The notes: generated from the letters alone by a model not told the origin. A stretch of 64,000 nucleotides of DNA from an uncultured Salinibacterium sp. (GCA_964425885.1 CAYRON010000003.1:122567-186566), one strand, 5' to 3'; shown: positions 1-7,973, counted from the stretch's first letter. A program made the numbers and translations.

Positions 1-546
1 GGCGAGATCTCAAATGACGGCATCCGACGGGTCTTCGATGTCGCCCAGTCTGAGCACATGGCGGACTTGCGGAGCCGGTTGGTTATCGGGTGGCGGTCCC
101 CGCGTACGTGGTGGATGAACGCCACCACTGCGGCGACGTACCCGGTATTCGGGATCGCCGACGCCGAGCCGATCCCATTTCCAGGCTTCGACCGGCTCGT
201 GCTGAGCCACCCCCAACTGCAGGCAGTAATGCGCGAGCATCGGTACGCCTCCTGGCGGACGGCGCTCTCATCAGTCGTGGGGATCTACCTCATCACCGAC
301 AACAAAGACGGACGCCAGTACGTCGGCAAAGCGGACGGCGCCGAGAGCATCCGTCAGCGGTGGACCGCCTACGCGACGAACGGTCACGGGGGCAACGTGG
401 AGCTGCGCGGCCTCGACCCGTCGACCTTCCAGTTCTCGCTTCTGCGCGTCTTCGATCCGGCGACTCCCACACGCGACATTGATGCGGCAGAGAGCCACTT
501 CAAAGACGCACTAGGAACACGTCGGCATGGGTTAAACCGGAATTAG
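1..546 (+). CDS. GIY-YIG nuclease family protein (5' truncated by the window edge)
   Basis: Motif GIYLITD...QYVGKA...IRQRW..Y and a downstream ESHFK Glu. Frame 1 is open from base 1, so the true start is probably upstream. Confidence 0.85.
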   Translation, partial: GEISNDGIRRVFDVAQSEHMADLRSRLVIGWRSPRTWWMNATTAATYPVFGIADAEPIPFPGFDRLVLSHPQLQAVMREHRYASWRTALSSVVGIYLITDNKDGRQYVGKADGAESIRQRWTAYATNGHGGNVELRGLDPSTFQFSLLRVFDPATPTRDIDAAESHFKDALGTRRHGLNRN

Positions 547-866
547 CTCGCGCTAGGCGAGATACCTCTCCCCTGATAAATTCATCCCGACGGCGGTCCA
601 ACGGCGAACCGCACGATCTGGCCACTGCAGTGCAGGCCCCACCCATATCTGGAAGGGATGCACTGTTATGTCTGCCTGCACCAAGAAGTCCTACTCAAGC
701 CCCGGCGAAGCGCTGCGAGCGCTATCGATCTTGCTCCGTCGTGGGTATCCGAGCCTCACCGGCGTGCACCCTTGTTCGGAATGTCACGCTTGGCACGTGA
801 CCTCAAAGAAGCATCCGGCTCGGACGCTGAAATGACGCGTCGTCGAGAGCACTGGTCGCGGACGAC

Positions 867-1244
867 CTAACGTCGTTGCTTGCGGAGTGTCCAGGCTCCG
901 AGGATCGCCGTGAGGCCAAAGATGATCGTTAGCCCGACCCACAGAGACGTCCTGTCCAGGGCGATCGGACCTAGCTGAACACTCCCTGCTTCGTCAGCAG
1001 CCTCTGTATTCGGAGTCCCCGGGATAGTCGCCGGATCTTCGCTGCCTGGGTTCGGATCACCGCCACCCGGTTCAGCATCGTCAGCCGCCGAGTAGTACCC
1101 GGAGCCATAGGTGCCTTCGTCGTATATTTCCACCGCGTGCGCTGGAGCCACAGAAACGAAGGTCAGCACCAGAGCCACGAGCAGTGCGCCGGCGATGAGG
1201 ATCGGCAGATTCGTTGTTGCTCGCCACGTTCCGATTCGCTGCAC
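867..1244 (-). CDS. Small exported, membrane-anchored protein (signal peptide, YDEGTYGSGYYS motif, C-terminal TM and basic tail)
   Basis: Hydrophobic N-region ending AHA, acidic Pro/Gly linker, TM helix followed by RKQRR. Confidence 0.65.
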   Translation of the reverse strand: MQRIGTWRATTNLPILIAGALLVALVLTFVSVAPAHAVEIYDEGTYGSGYYSAADDAEPGGGDPNPGSEDPATIPGTPNTEAADEAGSVQLGPIALDRTSLWVGLTIIFGLTAILGAWTLRKQRR

Positions 1245-1302
1245 CCAGGCGGTCCTCCAAGCCCGAAGGCATTAGCAATATCTCTTTGCATTCTATCAAG
1301 AC

Positions 1303-1331
1303 TTGACGTATTTGTGAAGATTATTCATAAT
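1303..1331 (+). promoter_or_regulatory. Sigma70-type promoter TTGACG-N17-CATAAT for the SGNH gene
   Basis: Lies in the AT-rich divergent spacer; GAGGGAG RBS precedes ATG 1373. Confidence 0.6.
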
Positions 1332-1372
1332 GCAGCACAACAGGACATAAGCGATATCGCACGAGGGAGTGA

Positions 1373-2968
1373 ATGGCACGACTACCGATTCCGGGAGAAG
1401 ACAAGGGCACGTGGGGAGACATTCTTAACGAGTACCTCTCGCGGAGTCTCGAAGCCGATGGCTCCTTGAAACCCATCCCGCACACCACCGTTTCCGGGCT
1501 TGGCTCGGCGGCTACAGCAGCAGCCGAGGCCTTCGCGACAGCAGAGCAAGGCGCCAAGGCAGATAGCGCAGTGCAGCCAGCTGATCTTGGCCCTTACATC
1601 ACCTCTCACACGGCTGATGCCGCTTATCTCCGGCACACGGCGGTGCTCGCTCCCTGGACGAAAGCGCTCAATGAGAACCCTGGGTCGGCGAAAATCGCGC
1701 TACTAGGAGACTCAACCCGCGACTCGGGGGCGGCAGGGTTCTCGTTCCATCTAGGCCTGAAATCGCAGACCGGATTCGGCAAGTACCTCGAAGGCATGAA
1801 TGACACGAATATCCTCAACTTCGGCTACAACGGCCAGACGGTGGAGAACATCACAAGCTCGTCACACATGGATGACCTCGCCGCCGCCGCGCCGCACTTG
1901 GTTGAGTTCAGCATGGGGATCAACAACATCCGTGCAACCGTGGTCGATACCGACGCACTTGAAGCAATCCTCATCGCGGGCGTGGAGGCGATCCGATCGG
2001 CCTTACCCGGGGTGCCCCTTGTTGGGTCGATCCCAGCCCCGTTCCTGACGACGGACGTTGGAGGCACGGGCTACGTCTCACCAAACGGGGAAGCACAGGC
2101 CAAGAGCACGATCTTGCGAAACGCCTATCTGCGCCTCATCGACCGCTGGCCCGACGTGCTCATTCGTGACACCCGCCCGGTGTTCGGAACGACTTCTCTC
2201 GCGTCGTCGCCGCTCATGTCCGACCAGATCCACCCGCACCCAAACGGCACGCTGCCATCGACGGCTGCGCTCGCTGCTCTCATCGGTCGCATTATCCCGT
2301 GGAACCAGAGCGCGGCCGAGGCCGCGCGTTCGTCAACTCCTTACGCACCCTGGACCGTCTACGGCCGGGAGTGCGAAGACACCTCCCGCTACGTCCTGAT
2401 CGCCGAGTACGACCTTCAAGCAGTCGGCGCGACGTATGTCGACTTCGCGATGCCTGCTGGTCTTCGCAACAACGTCCGCCCCTTCGACATCTGCGAGTTG
2501 CCGGGCGGCGTCTCCTACGAGCTGCCGTCGAATACCTCGAAAAGCGCTAACGGCCCGTACACGCGGCTGAACCACAACACCCTCGCACCTCCGACTCCAA
2601 CACAGAGCAAAGGCTTCGTCCGAATCTGGCGTCGCGGCCGGGGTGGCGACACGACGTTCAGCGACGCAGTGCGGGACGCCTCCTACCGTTACAAGCGCAC
2701 CGGCCGCATTCACACCGGGGGGAGCGGCTTCCTCCGCGCGGGAGAAGTTGCCATCGGGACGGTTGCGCCGGGATCTGTTAATCCGGCCTCCGAATGGAAC
2801 GGCACCACCGTATCGGGCGATCTGCTCTACATCGACGGCTACGGCTCGAACCCGATCACCCTTAACGCAGCGGGCACGTCGAACCAGGGATGGCAGTCCC
2901 CGACGCTCTCCGGGGACTTTTCCTCGTATGCGGGTCGACTCATGTGCATCGTCGGGACCCACGCCTGA
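1373..2968 (+). CDS. SGNH/GDSL hydrolase-domain protein with N-terminal MARLPxPG..WG.ILN motif and tail-fibre-like linker
   Basis: SGNH blocks LLGDST, FGYNG, MGINN and DQIHP; linker AFATAEQGAKADSAVQP; beta-rich C-terminal region of unknown function. Confidence 0.75.
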   Translation: MARLPIPGEDKGTWGDILNEYLSRSLEADGSLKPIPHTTVSGLGSAATAAAEAFATAEQGAKADSAVQPADLGPYITSHTADAAYLRHTAVLAPWTKALNENPGSAKIALLGDSTRDSGAAGFSFHLGLKSQTGFGKYLEGMNDTNILNFGYNGQTVENITSSSHMDDLAAAAPHLVEFSMGINNIRATVVDTDALEAILIAGVEAIRSALPGVPLVGSIPAPFLTTDVGGTGYVSPNGEAQAKSTILRNAYLRLIDRWPDVLIRDTRPVFGTTSLASSPLMSDQIHPHPNGTLPSTAALAALIGRIIPWNQSAAEAARSSTPYAPWTVYGRECEDTSRYVLIAEYDLQAVGATYVDFAMPAGLRNNVRPFDICELPGGVSYELPSNTSKSANGPYTRLNHNTLAPPTPTQSKGFVRIWRRGRGGDTTFSDAVRDASYRYKRTGRIHTGGSGFLRAGEVAIGTVAPGSVNPASEWNGTTVSGDLLYIDGYGSNPITLNAAGTSNQGWQSPTLSGDFSSYAGRLMCIVGTHA

Positions 2969-3015
2969 GGCCAAACAGCAGCAAAGTCATCGCACCAAAG
3001 CAAGAAGGGATCTCA

Positions 3016-3210
3016 ATGAAGTCGCTCCAACTTGATTTACTCAATCAGCCGATGGATCGCGCCCAGTTCTTGAAGCTTCTGCTGCTTGCAGTCCTCGCCA
3101 TCGTTGGCGTAACTCGGCTCCTTGAAGCCCTCCCGGAAGCTCGGTCATCGAGCCAGACGACTTCCTTCGAGGACTCCGCAGGCTACGGCGGCACCTCATA
3201 CGGTCGCTAG
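3016..3210 (+). CDS. 64-aa single-TM micro-protein (MDRAQFLK-TM...GYGGTSYGR)
   Basis: GAAGGGA RBS before ATG 3016 within listed ORF 2890..3210; Tat-like xRxxFLK followed by a hydrophobic helix. Confidence 0.7.
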   Translation: MKSLQLDLLNQPMDRAQFLKLLLLAVLAIVGVTRLLEALPEARSSSQTTSFEDSAGYGGTSYGR

Positions 3211-3224
3211 ACCAAAGTGAAACA

Positions 3225-3282
3225 GGCGGCAGCCGATCGAGATGAAAACTCTTAGTTCTCGAACCTCGATCGGACTGCCGCC
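3225..3282. terminator. Long imperfect hairpin between convergent genes
   Basis: ggcggcagccgatcgag ... ctcgatcggactgccgcc. Confidence 0.6.
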
Positions 3283-3291
3283 GTAGCGGGG

Positions 3292-3840
3292 TTAGAACTG
3301 CTGATTGCCCCAGTTCTCCTGGTCCTCGACTTCCTTCTGGTCGATGTCGAGAAGCTGGTCCAGCGTGACCACCCGGACGCTGTTCGTGTCGGTCACACGC
3401 TCGGACAAGATCATCGCCCAGACAACTGCTTCGAAGTAGTCGTCGTAGGGAAATGGGTGCTTGACCCAGAGCGGTGAGTCTCCGTACATCACGATCACGG
3501 CGTACGGATCCCTGTTGGTGAGCAGCGCGAGCGTGGACTCCGGGATGTTGGTGTCGATGCCGTCAGGGTCGGGACTCCCGACCATGAGCACGTCGCCAAC
3601 CAGCATCGCCTTCTGCCTGACGTGCGGCAGCTCGTACCACCATAGAAACGTCGCGCGAGGGTTGAACGGCAGCTTGCGTAGCTGTCCTTCCTCGTTGACG
3701 TACATGGTGACGCCGAGCGGCGGCACGTCTACTGCTTCGAGCCATCCGTCTATCGCCTTCGCGTAGTCGTGATGGCCCTCGAGTGATCTGACTTCGACCG
3801 GTTGGTCGGTGTCGGCTGGGATGAAGAGTCCTTTGACCAT
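3292..3840 (-). CDS. DUF3846-domain protein
   Basis: Pattern IDGWLEAV..MYVNEEG..KLPFNPRAT..LVGDVLMVG; AAGGAGG RBS. Confidence 0.75.
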   Translation of the reverse strand: MVKGLFIPADTDQPVEVRSLEGHHDYAKAIDGWLEAVDVPPLGVTMYVNEEGQLRKLPFNPRATFLWWYELPHVRQKAMLVGDVLMVGSPDPDGIDTNIPESTLALLTNRDPYAVIVMYGDSPLWVKHPFPYDDYFEAVVWAMILSERVTDTNSVRVVTLDQLLDIDQKEVEDQENWGNQQF

Positions 3841-3861
3841 CTGGTTCCTCCTTGATGCGAG

Positions 3862-3891
3862 CGACCGGCAACCCTGGATGGGTTCCCTAGG
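3862..3891 (-). promoter_or_regulatory. Conserved leader motif, copy 1 (upstream of DUF3846 gene)
   Basis: cgaccggcaaccctggatgggttccctagg, near-identical to 4357..4388. Confidence 0.6.
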
Positions 3892-3941
3892 AGTCGCACA
3901 GCACCAACGAGGCGCTGGAGCAGGGCTCTAAGTCAGGTGAG

Positions 3942-3999
3942 GCAGCAACCGTCCCGAGGGAGAGCGCGAAAACTCTCTAGACCTCGGGACGGTTGCTGC
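3942..3999 (-). terminator. 18-bp perfect stem-loop just after the RHH gene stop
   Basis: gcagcaaccgtcccgagg (3942-3959) pairs with cctcgggacggttgctgc (3982-3999). Confidence 0.7.
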
Positions 4000-4002
4000 T
4001 TG

Positions 4003-4332
4003 TCAGGCGTCAGCCTGTTTGCGAGAACTGCTGCTCTTGGCAGGAGCGGTGTTCTCAGCGGAGCCGAAGATCGTCGCGATGGCGTTGCGCTTGGTTTCCG
4101 CCTCGCGCTCGATATCGGCGCGAACCGACTCGGCTCGCTGGAGCACCTTCGGATCGGACTTGGTGGTCTCGATCCAGTGCTCCAGGGCGACTCGGATCTC
4201 TTCGGTGACACTGCGATCGTTCAGTTGGGCGATCAGGTCCAGCTGTGCCCGCAGGTCGTCCGTGATGCGAACTGCCAATGTTCGCACCGGGCTTGCCGAC
4301 GCATAGCCGCCGGCGTTTGTGACGACAGTCAT
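4003..4332 (-). CDS. Ribbon-helix-helix (Arc/CopG-like) DNA-binding protein
   Basis: RTLAVRITDDLRAQLDLIAQLNDRSVTEEIRVALEHWI; GAGGAGG RBS. Confidence 0.75.
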   Translation of the reverse strand: MTVVTNAGGYASASPVRTLAVRITDDLRAQLDLIAQLNDRSVTEEIRVALEHWIETTKSDPKVLQRAESVRADIEREAETKRNAIATIFGSAENTAPAKSSSSRKQADA

Positions 4333-4356
4333 GGCGTCACACCTCCTCTCTCGTCA

Positions 4357-4388
4357 CGACCGACGAACCCTGGTTGGGTTCCTCTAGG
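4357..4388 (-). promoter_or_regulatory. Conserved leader motif, copy 2 (upstream of RHH gene)
   Basis: cgaccgacgaaccctggttgggttcctctagg. Confidence 0.6.
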
Positions 4389-4415
4389 CCGCTTTCGAGC
4401 GAGGAGGGAATTGCG

Positions 4416-4443
4416 ATTATGAACTATTGATTCCGTTTGTCAA
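4416..4443 (-). promoter_or_regulatory. Sigma70-type promoter TTGACA-N16-CATAAT for the RHH gene
   Basis: Reverse complement of attatg...tgtcaa in an AT-rich patch. Confidence 0.6.
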
Positions 4444-4767
4444 CAGCATTTCGGGCGGATTGTAAAAACTACAACAACGCCACCCCTGTTAGCACAAGCG
4501 CTACAGGTAGCGTCCAGCATGAGCGGTACGACACTAGGCACGACACATTCGGGGTGCCACGGCGCGATTCACTTCGCGAGCCTCAGCTGGTGGCGTCGTC
4601 ACCGAATGGCGTCCACATCAGCACGGCTCCATGCTTCGGACAGACCAAGCGAACGGCCGGGTGCGCGCCAGCCAGCGTGGGCTCAAGGCGAAGCTTCCGG
4701 TTGCACTCCTCGCAGCGCTCGGGGATTTCGTCGGTCGGGCCTTCGGTCACTTTCGCCACTGGCGCTG

Positions 4768-6108
4768 CTATGCAATGCCGTCGGAGAGGCTTGCGGGATC
4801 ATGGCTGACTCTTCCAGGCTGAACCGGAAGGACATTGGCGAAGGCAGCGTCGTCCGAGTCGAGAAAGCGCCGAAGCGTTACGGCGGACCACAACGATTGG
4901 TCGAGCCAGCCAGCGAGGTCTTGCGGAACAGCAGCGACGGCCCCCGGCATACCGTGAGAACTAAATACACCGCCGTCGCGCACCAACCCGTTGACCAGCC
5001 GCCCCCGGTACTGCATTGCCTCGACAGTTGCGAAGTGGTTGAGCACGACGTCGGCGAGCGCGGTGAGAAGGTCAACAACACCCACCGTCACGTAGAACGT
5101 GCTCGGGTCGCCGATCTCGAAGTTGTCGGTAGGCATCCATTCGGTCGCGAGCCCATTAGTGAGCTCGTCGTTCCACTGTTCAAGTGCGGTTCGAAGATCA
5201 CGGTCGGTCTCGATGCGATCGAAGAATTCAGATCGATCCCCAAACGGACCGTGGACCGAGACACCTCCGTCTAACGGTTGGCCCAGGGTTGCAACGTCTT
5301 CATCGGACCAACTGTCAGCGCGCCTCGCCGTGCCGAAAGGAACGAAGTACTCGGTGTAGAAAGCCGGGTGGACCAAGTGGTCGAGACCATTCTCCCGAAG
5401 GAACCGGCGACCATCCGAGAGCTGTTGGAGATCCCAGATCAGCTCGCCTATCCGGCAGTACTCGTAGAGAGACAGAGCGGCAGCGCCGTCGCTGCTGTGG
5501 TACTTCGCCTTCCAGGAGACAAAACTCGCACGATCTGAACGATGCACCATGTACGCGTTCACCACGATCATGCGGAAGGCAAGCAGATAGCACGCCAACT
5601 CCTGCGCGTGCCAGACGAGCTCGCTCAGGATCTCGTCGGTGGCCTCGTCGTACGGCTCGACAGCGTCCTCGTCATCCGACTCTGTATCCGGATCGAAATC
5701 CTGAAGTTCGCTAACGAGATACTCGGCAAGCCGCTTAAGCACGTGCGGACGACGCTTGTCGAAACTTGCCTGTGTCAACTTGCCGGTGCCGTTGGCGTAA
5801 TAGACGGCTACCCGCTCCTCGATGTTCTTGCCGTGAAGCTCATCGTCCGTTGCGAGCATCACCTTTGCAGTCAGGCGATCCTCGACGGGTTCCATCTCGT
5901 CGATCGTGAAGAGCAGCAGCTCACGGACCTGCACCGCCAGACGCCTCCTCGCGACTGACGGGCTACGCATTGTCTCGCCGCCGAGCAGAACCAGAAGCGT
6001 GGGCTCTGCAACGAGGTGACCCACCTTGATACCGCCGAGAACGCGACCGATGTATCCGAGCGCCTTGGCGACGGAATCAACAGATGGCGATTCGACCATG
6101 AGACTCAT
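4768..6108 (-). CDS. Hypothetical protein, possible element regulator (N-terminal helical/HTH-like region); start uncertain (6108 or 6099)
   Basis: Long ORF with protein-like composition, divergent from the transfer operon. Confidence 0.6.
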   Translation of the reverse strand: MSLMVESPSVDSVAKALGYIGRVLGGIKVGHLVAEPTLLVLLGGETMRSPSVARRRLAVQVRELLLFTIDEMEPVEDRLTAKVMLATDDELHGKNIEERVAVYYANGTGKLTQASFDKRRPHVLKRLAEYLVSELQDFDPDTESDDEDAVEPYDEATDEILSELVWHAQELACYLLAFRMIVVNAYMVHRSDRASFVSWKAKYHSSDGAAALSLYEYCRIGELIWDLQQLSDGRRFLRENGLDHLVHPAFYTEYFVPFGTARRADSWSDEDVATLGQPLDGGVSVHGPFGDRSEFFDRIETDRDLRTALEQWNDELTNGLATEWMPTDNFEIGDPSTFYVTVGVVDLLTALADVVLNHFATVEAMQYRGRLVNGLVRDGGVFSSHGMPGAVAAVPQDLAGWLDQSLWSAVTLRRFLDSDDAAFANVLPVQPGRVSHDPASLSDGIA

Positions 6109-6143
6109 TCTCGCGGGCCAAAGACCTCCATGGAACACCCGTC

Positions 6144-6170
6144 GAAACCGGGGCGAAACCGTGGCGAAAT
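6144..6170. promoter_or_regulatory. Three 11-bp-phased direct repeats GAAAC-N6-GAAAC-N6-GAAAT in the divergent spacer
   Basis: gaaac cggggc gaaac cgtggc gaaat. Confidence 0.5.
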
Positions 6171-6257
6171 TGCGGCCGAGCGCTATGACCATTCGCGGAT
6201 CGAGGCTGAGGTTGTCGCCACACAAAGGACGTGGCCAAGCGAAGAAGGAGAAAGTGA

Positions 6258-6554
6258 ATGAGCAACCTCGTCCCGTTCAATCAAGGCTTCGGTGGGATCA
6301 GCCAGAGCCGCGAGATGCGCGACCTTGCCCGTACTCAGACGCGTGCGCTGGGCGAGGTCGAGATCGGAGCACGCGTCACCGCGATGCGCGAGCAGTACCG
6401 CGCAGAACTGGCCAACCAGATTCTCACCAACGTCGGTGCGCTCAGCTCGATGGAGCAGACGCTCGCCCAGGCGGTCCCGGCAGGAGCCGCTCGCTACTCG
6501 GCGATCGTGAACGCCTACACGGCTGGTGCGGTCAGCACCCTGATGAGGTTCTGA
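6258..6554 (+). CDS. Hypothetical protein (98 aa, helical)
   Basis: AAGGAG RBS; TGATG coupling to the next gene. Confidence 0.7.
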   Translation: MSNLVPFNQGFGGISQSREMRDLARTQTRALGEVEIGARVTAMREQYRAELANQILTNVGALSSMEQTLAQAVPAGAARYSAIVNAYTAGAVSTLMRF

Positions 6555-6835
6555 TGTTCCTCGGAATCGGCGCAGCCGCGCTCCTCGGCACGGTGGTCGC
6601 GTGGGACGTCGTTCGGTACGGGATAGCCGGAGTCGCGACCGGAGTGGGGTGGCTCGCTGAACGCCCCAAGCGTCGTCGCGCGCGCATCGAAGCGGAACTC
6701 GACCGCACGGAGGCGCAGCTGCGGACCACCGTCCTGCAGCTCGCGACTGAGCTCAGCAACGCCGGACTTGATGCCCGAAAGGAGATGATCCGCCAGTCGT
6801 ACCTGGCATACGGCCAGCCTCCGCAGCACCACTAA
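6554..6835 (+). CDS. Hypothetical membrane protein with coiled-coil tail (93 aa)
   Basis: ATG overlaps upstream TGA; hydrophobic N-terminus MFLGIGAAALLGTVVAW. Confidence 0.65.
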   Translation: MFLGIGAAALLGTVVAWDVVRYGIAGVATGVGWLAERPKRRRARIEAELDRTEAQLRTTVLQLATELSNAGLDARKEMIRQSYLAYGQPPQHH

Positions 6836-6843
6836 CGGAGGCC

Positions 6844-6880
6844 GGAGGGGCCGCGCTGGTCAGTCGGCGCGGCTCCTTTG
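6844..6880 (+). terminator. Intrinsic terminator-like hairpin
   Basis: ggggccgcgctg pairs with cggcgcggctcc, followed by TTTG. Confidence 0.55.
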
Positions 6881-7041
6881 CTCTCTCAACTGTCGCGCCG
6901 CTGCGGTCGTTGTCTATTCCACAACATGCGCAAACGGCTTCGATTCCGCTTGCGCTCGGATGCCCCTGACATCTGTTTCGGGGCGTCGCACCGGTCGTCG
7001 GGTCGCTCGACCACGACGACCGCGTTCCGTGCCGATTGCTC

Positions 7042-7070
7042 TTGACGAATCGGCCCAATCAGTTCATAAC
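7042..7070 (+). promoter_or_regulatory. Sigma70-type promoter TTGACG-N17-CATAAC for the methylase-transfer operon
   Basis: Same architecture as the promoters at 1303 and 4416. Confidence 0.5.
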
Positions 7071-7128
7071 CATGCGTCCGGCCGGGCAAGCACAAGCGAC
7101 TCGGCGGGAGAAGGAGAACAACAACCAC

Positions 7129-7776
7129 ATGAAGAATCAAACGAATCAACCTGAGGCCGCGAACCCGTCTGAAGGCGGGACATACCGCGTCGTCTACGCC
7201 GATCCGCCATGGGATATCGCCCAGCTTGGCGCTCGCGGGGCCTCCAAGCACTACGACCTCATGAACCTCGAGGACATCAAGGGCATGGGCGAAGCAGTCC
7301 AGGCACTCGCCGCCGATGACTCAGTGCTCCTGCTCTGGGTCACCAACGGCGCGCTGCCCGCCGGCCTTGCCGTGATGGAAGCGTGGGGCTACCGCTACGT
7401 GTCCAACGCCGCCTGGGACAAGTACTACATGGGACTCGGCAACTACGTCCGCAACTCACACGAGCTGCTGCTTCTCGGCATTCGCGGCAAGGTGACGCCG
7501 AACTTCCGTGGCCAACGCTCCGTGCTGCATTTCCCGCGTATGGACCACTCGGTGAAGCCCGCCGAGATGTACCCAATGATTGAGCGCCTCTTCGACGGCC
7601 CGTACCTGGAGCTCTTCGCACGCGCCCGTCCGAACTCAAGTTCGGACTGGAGCGTGTGGGGAAACGAGCTGGACAGCGACGTCTCGCTCGCACGTTGGGG
7701 CTACCCCGTACCGTCCGACTTCGCACATCAGACCAGCCGAGACAGCGCGAGCAAGGGGGACGGTGATGACCGGTGA
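7129..7776 (+). CDS. MT-A70 family adenine methyltransferase
   Basis: YRVVYADPPW, LLLWVT, HSVKP, YLELFAR, WSVWGNE; AAGGAG RBS before ATG 7129. Confidence 0.9.
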   Translation: MKNQTNQPEAANPSEGGTYRVVYADPPWDIAQLGARGASKHYDLMNLEDIKGMGEAVQALAADDSVLLLWVTNGALPAGLAVMEAWGYRYVSNAAWDKYYMGLGNYVRNSHELLLLGIRGKVTPNFRGQRSVLHFPRMDHSVKPAEMYPMIERLFDGPYLELFARARPNSSSDWSVWGNELDSDVSLARWGYPVPSDFAHQTSRDSASKGDGDDR

Positions 7777-7973
7777 CCGCCTCCCCCGAACCGCGCAACT
7801 TGATGTCCCGTTTGGTGACGGCCTGCTTGCTCTTCCTCGTCGCCGTCGTCGCGCTCACCGTCGCCCTCGACCTGCTGAGCAAGATCTGGGGCTGGGTCGT
7901 TCTTATCGTCGGGCTCGCTGGGCTCGTCGCGCTCCTGACTTGGATCGTACGGCGCCGCCAGGACCGCTGGTAG
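7773..7973 (+). CDS. Small two-TM membrane protein
   Basis: GTGA overlap with the methylase stop; two hydrophobic segments and a basic C-terminus. Confidence 0.65.
   Translation: MTASPEPRNLMSRLVTACLLFLVAVVALTVALDLLSKIWGWVVLIVGLAGLVALLTWIVRRRQDRW

Noticed and set aside
547-866. ORF 658..870 and spacer after the nuclease
   Set aside because: No recognisable motif or structure; cannot be supported as a gene.
1-7776. GIY-YIG nuclease plus MT-A70 as a restriction-modification pair
   Set aside because: They are 6.5 kb apart in different transcription units, and the methylase is coupled to the transfer operon.
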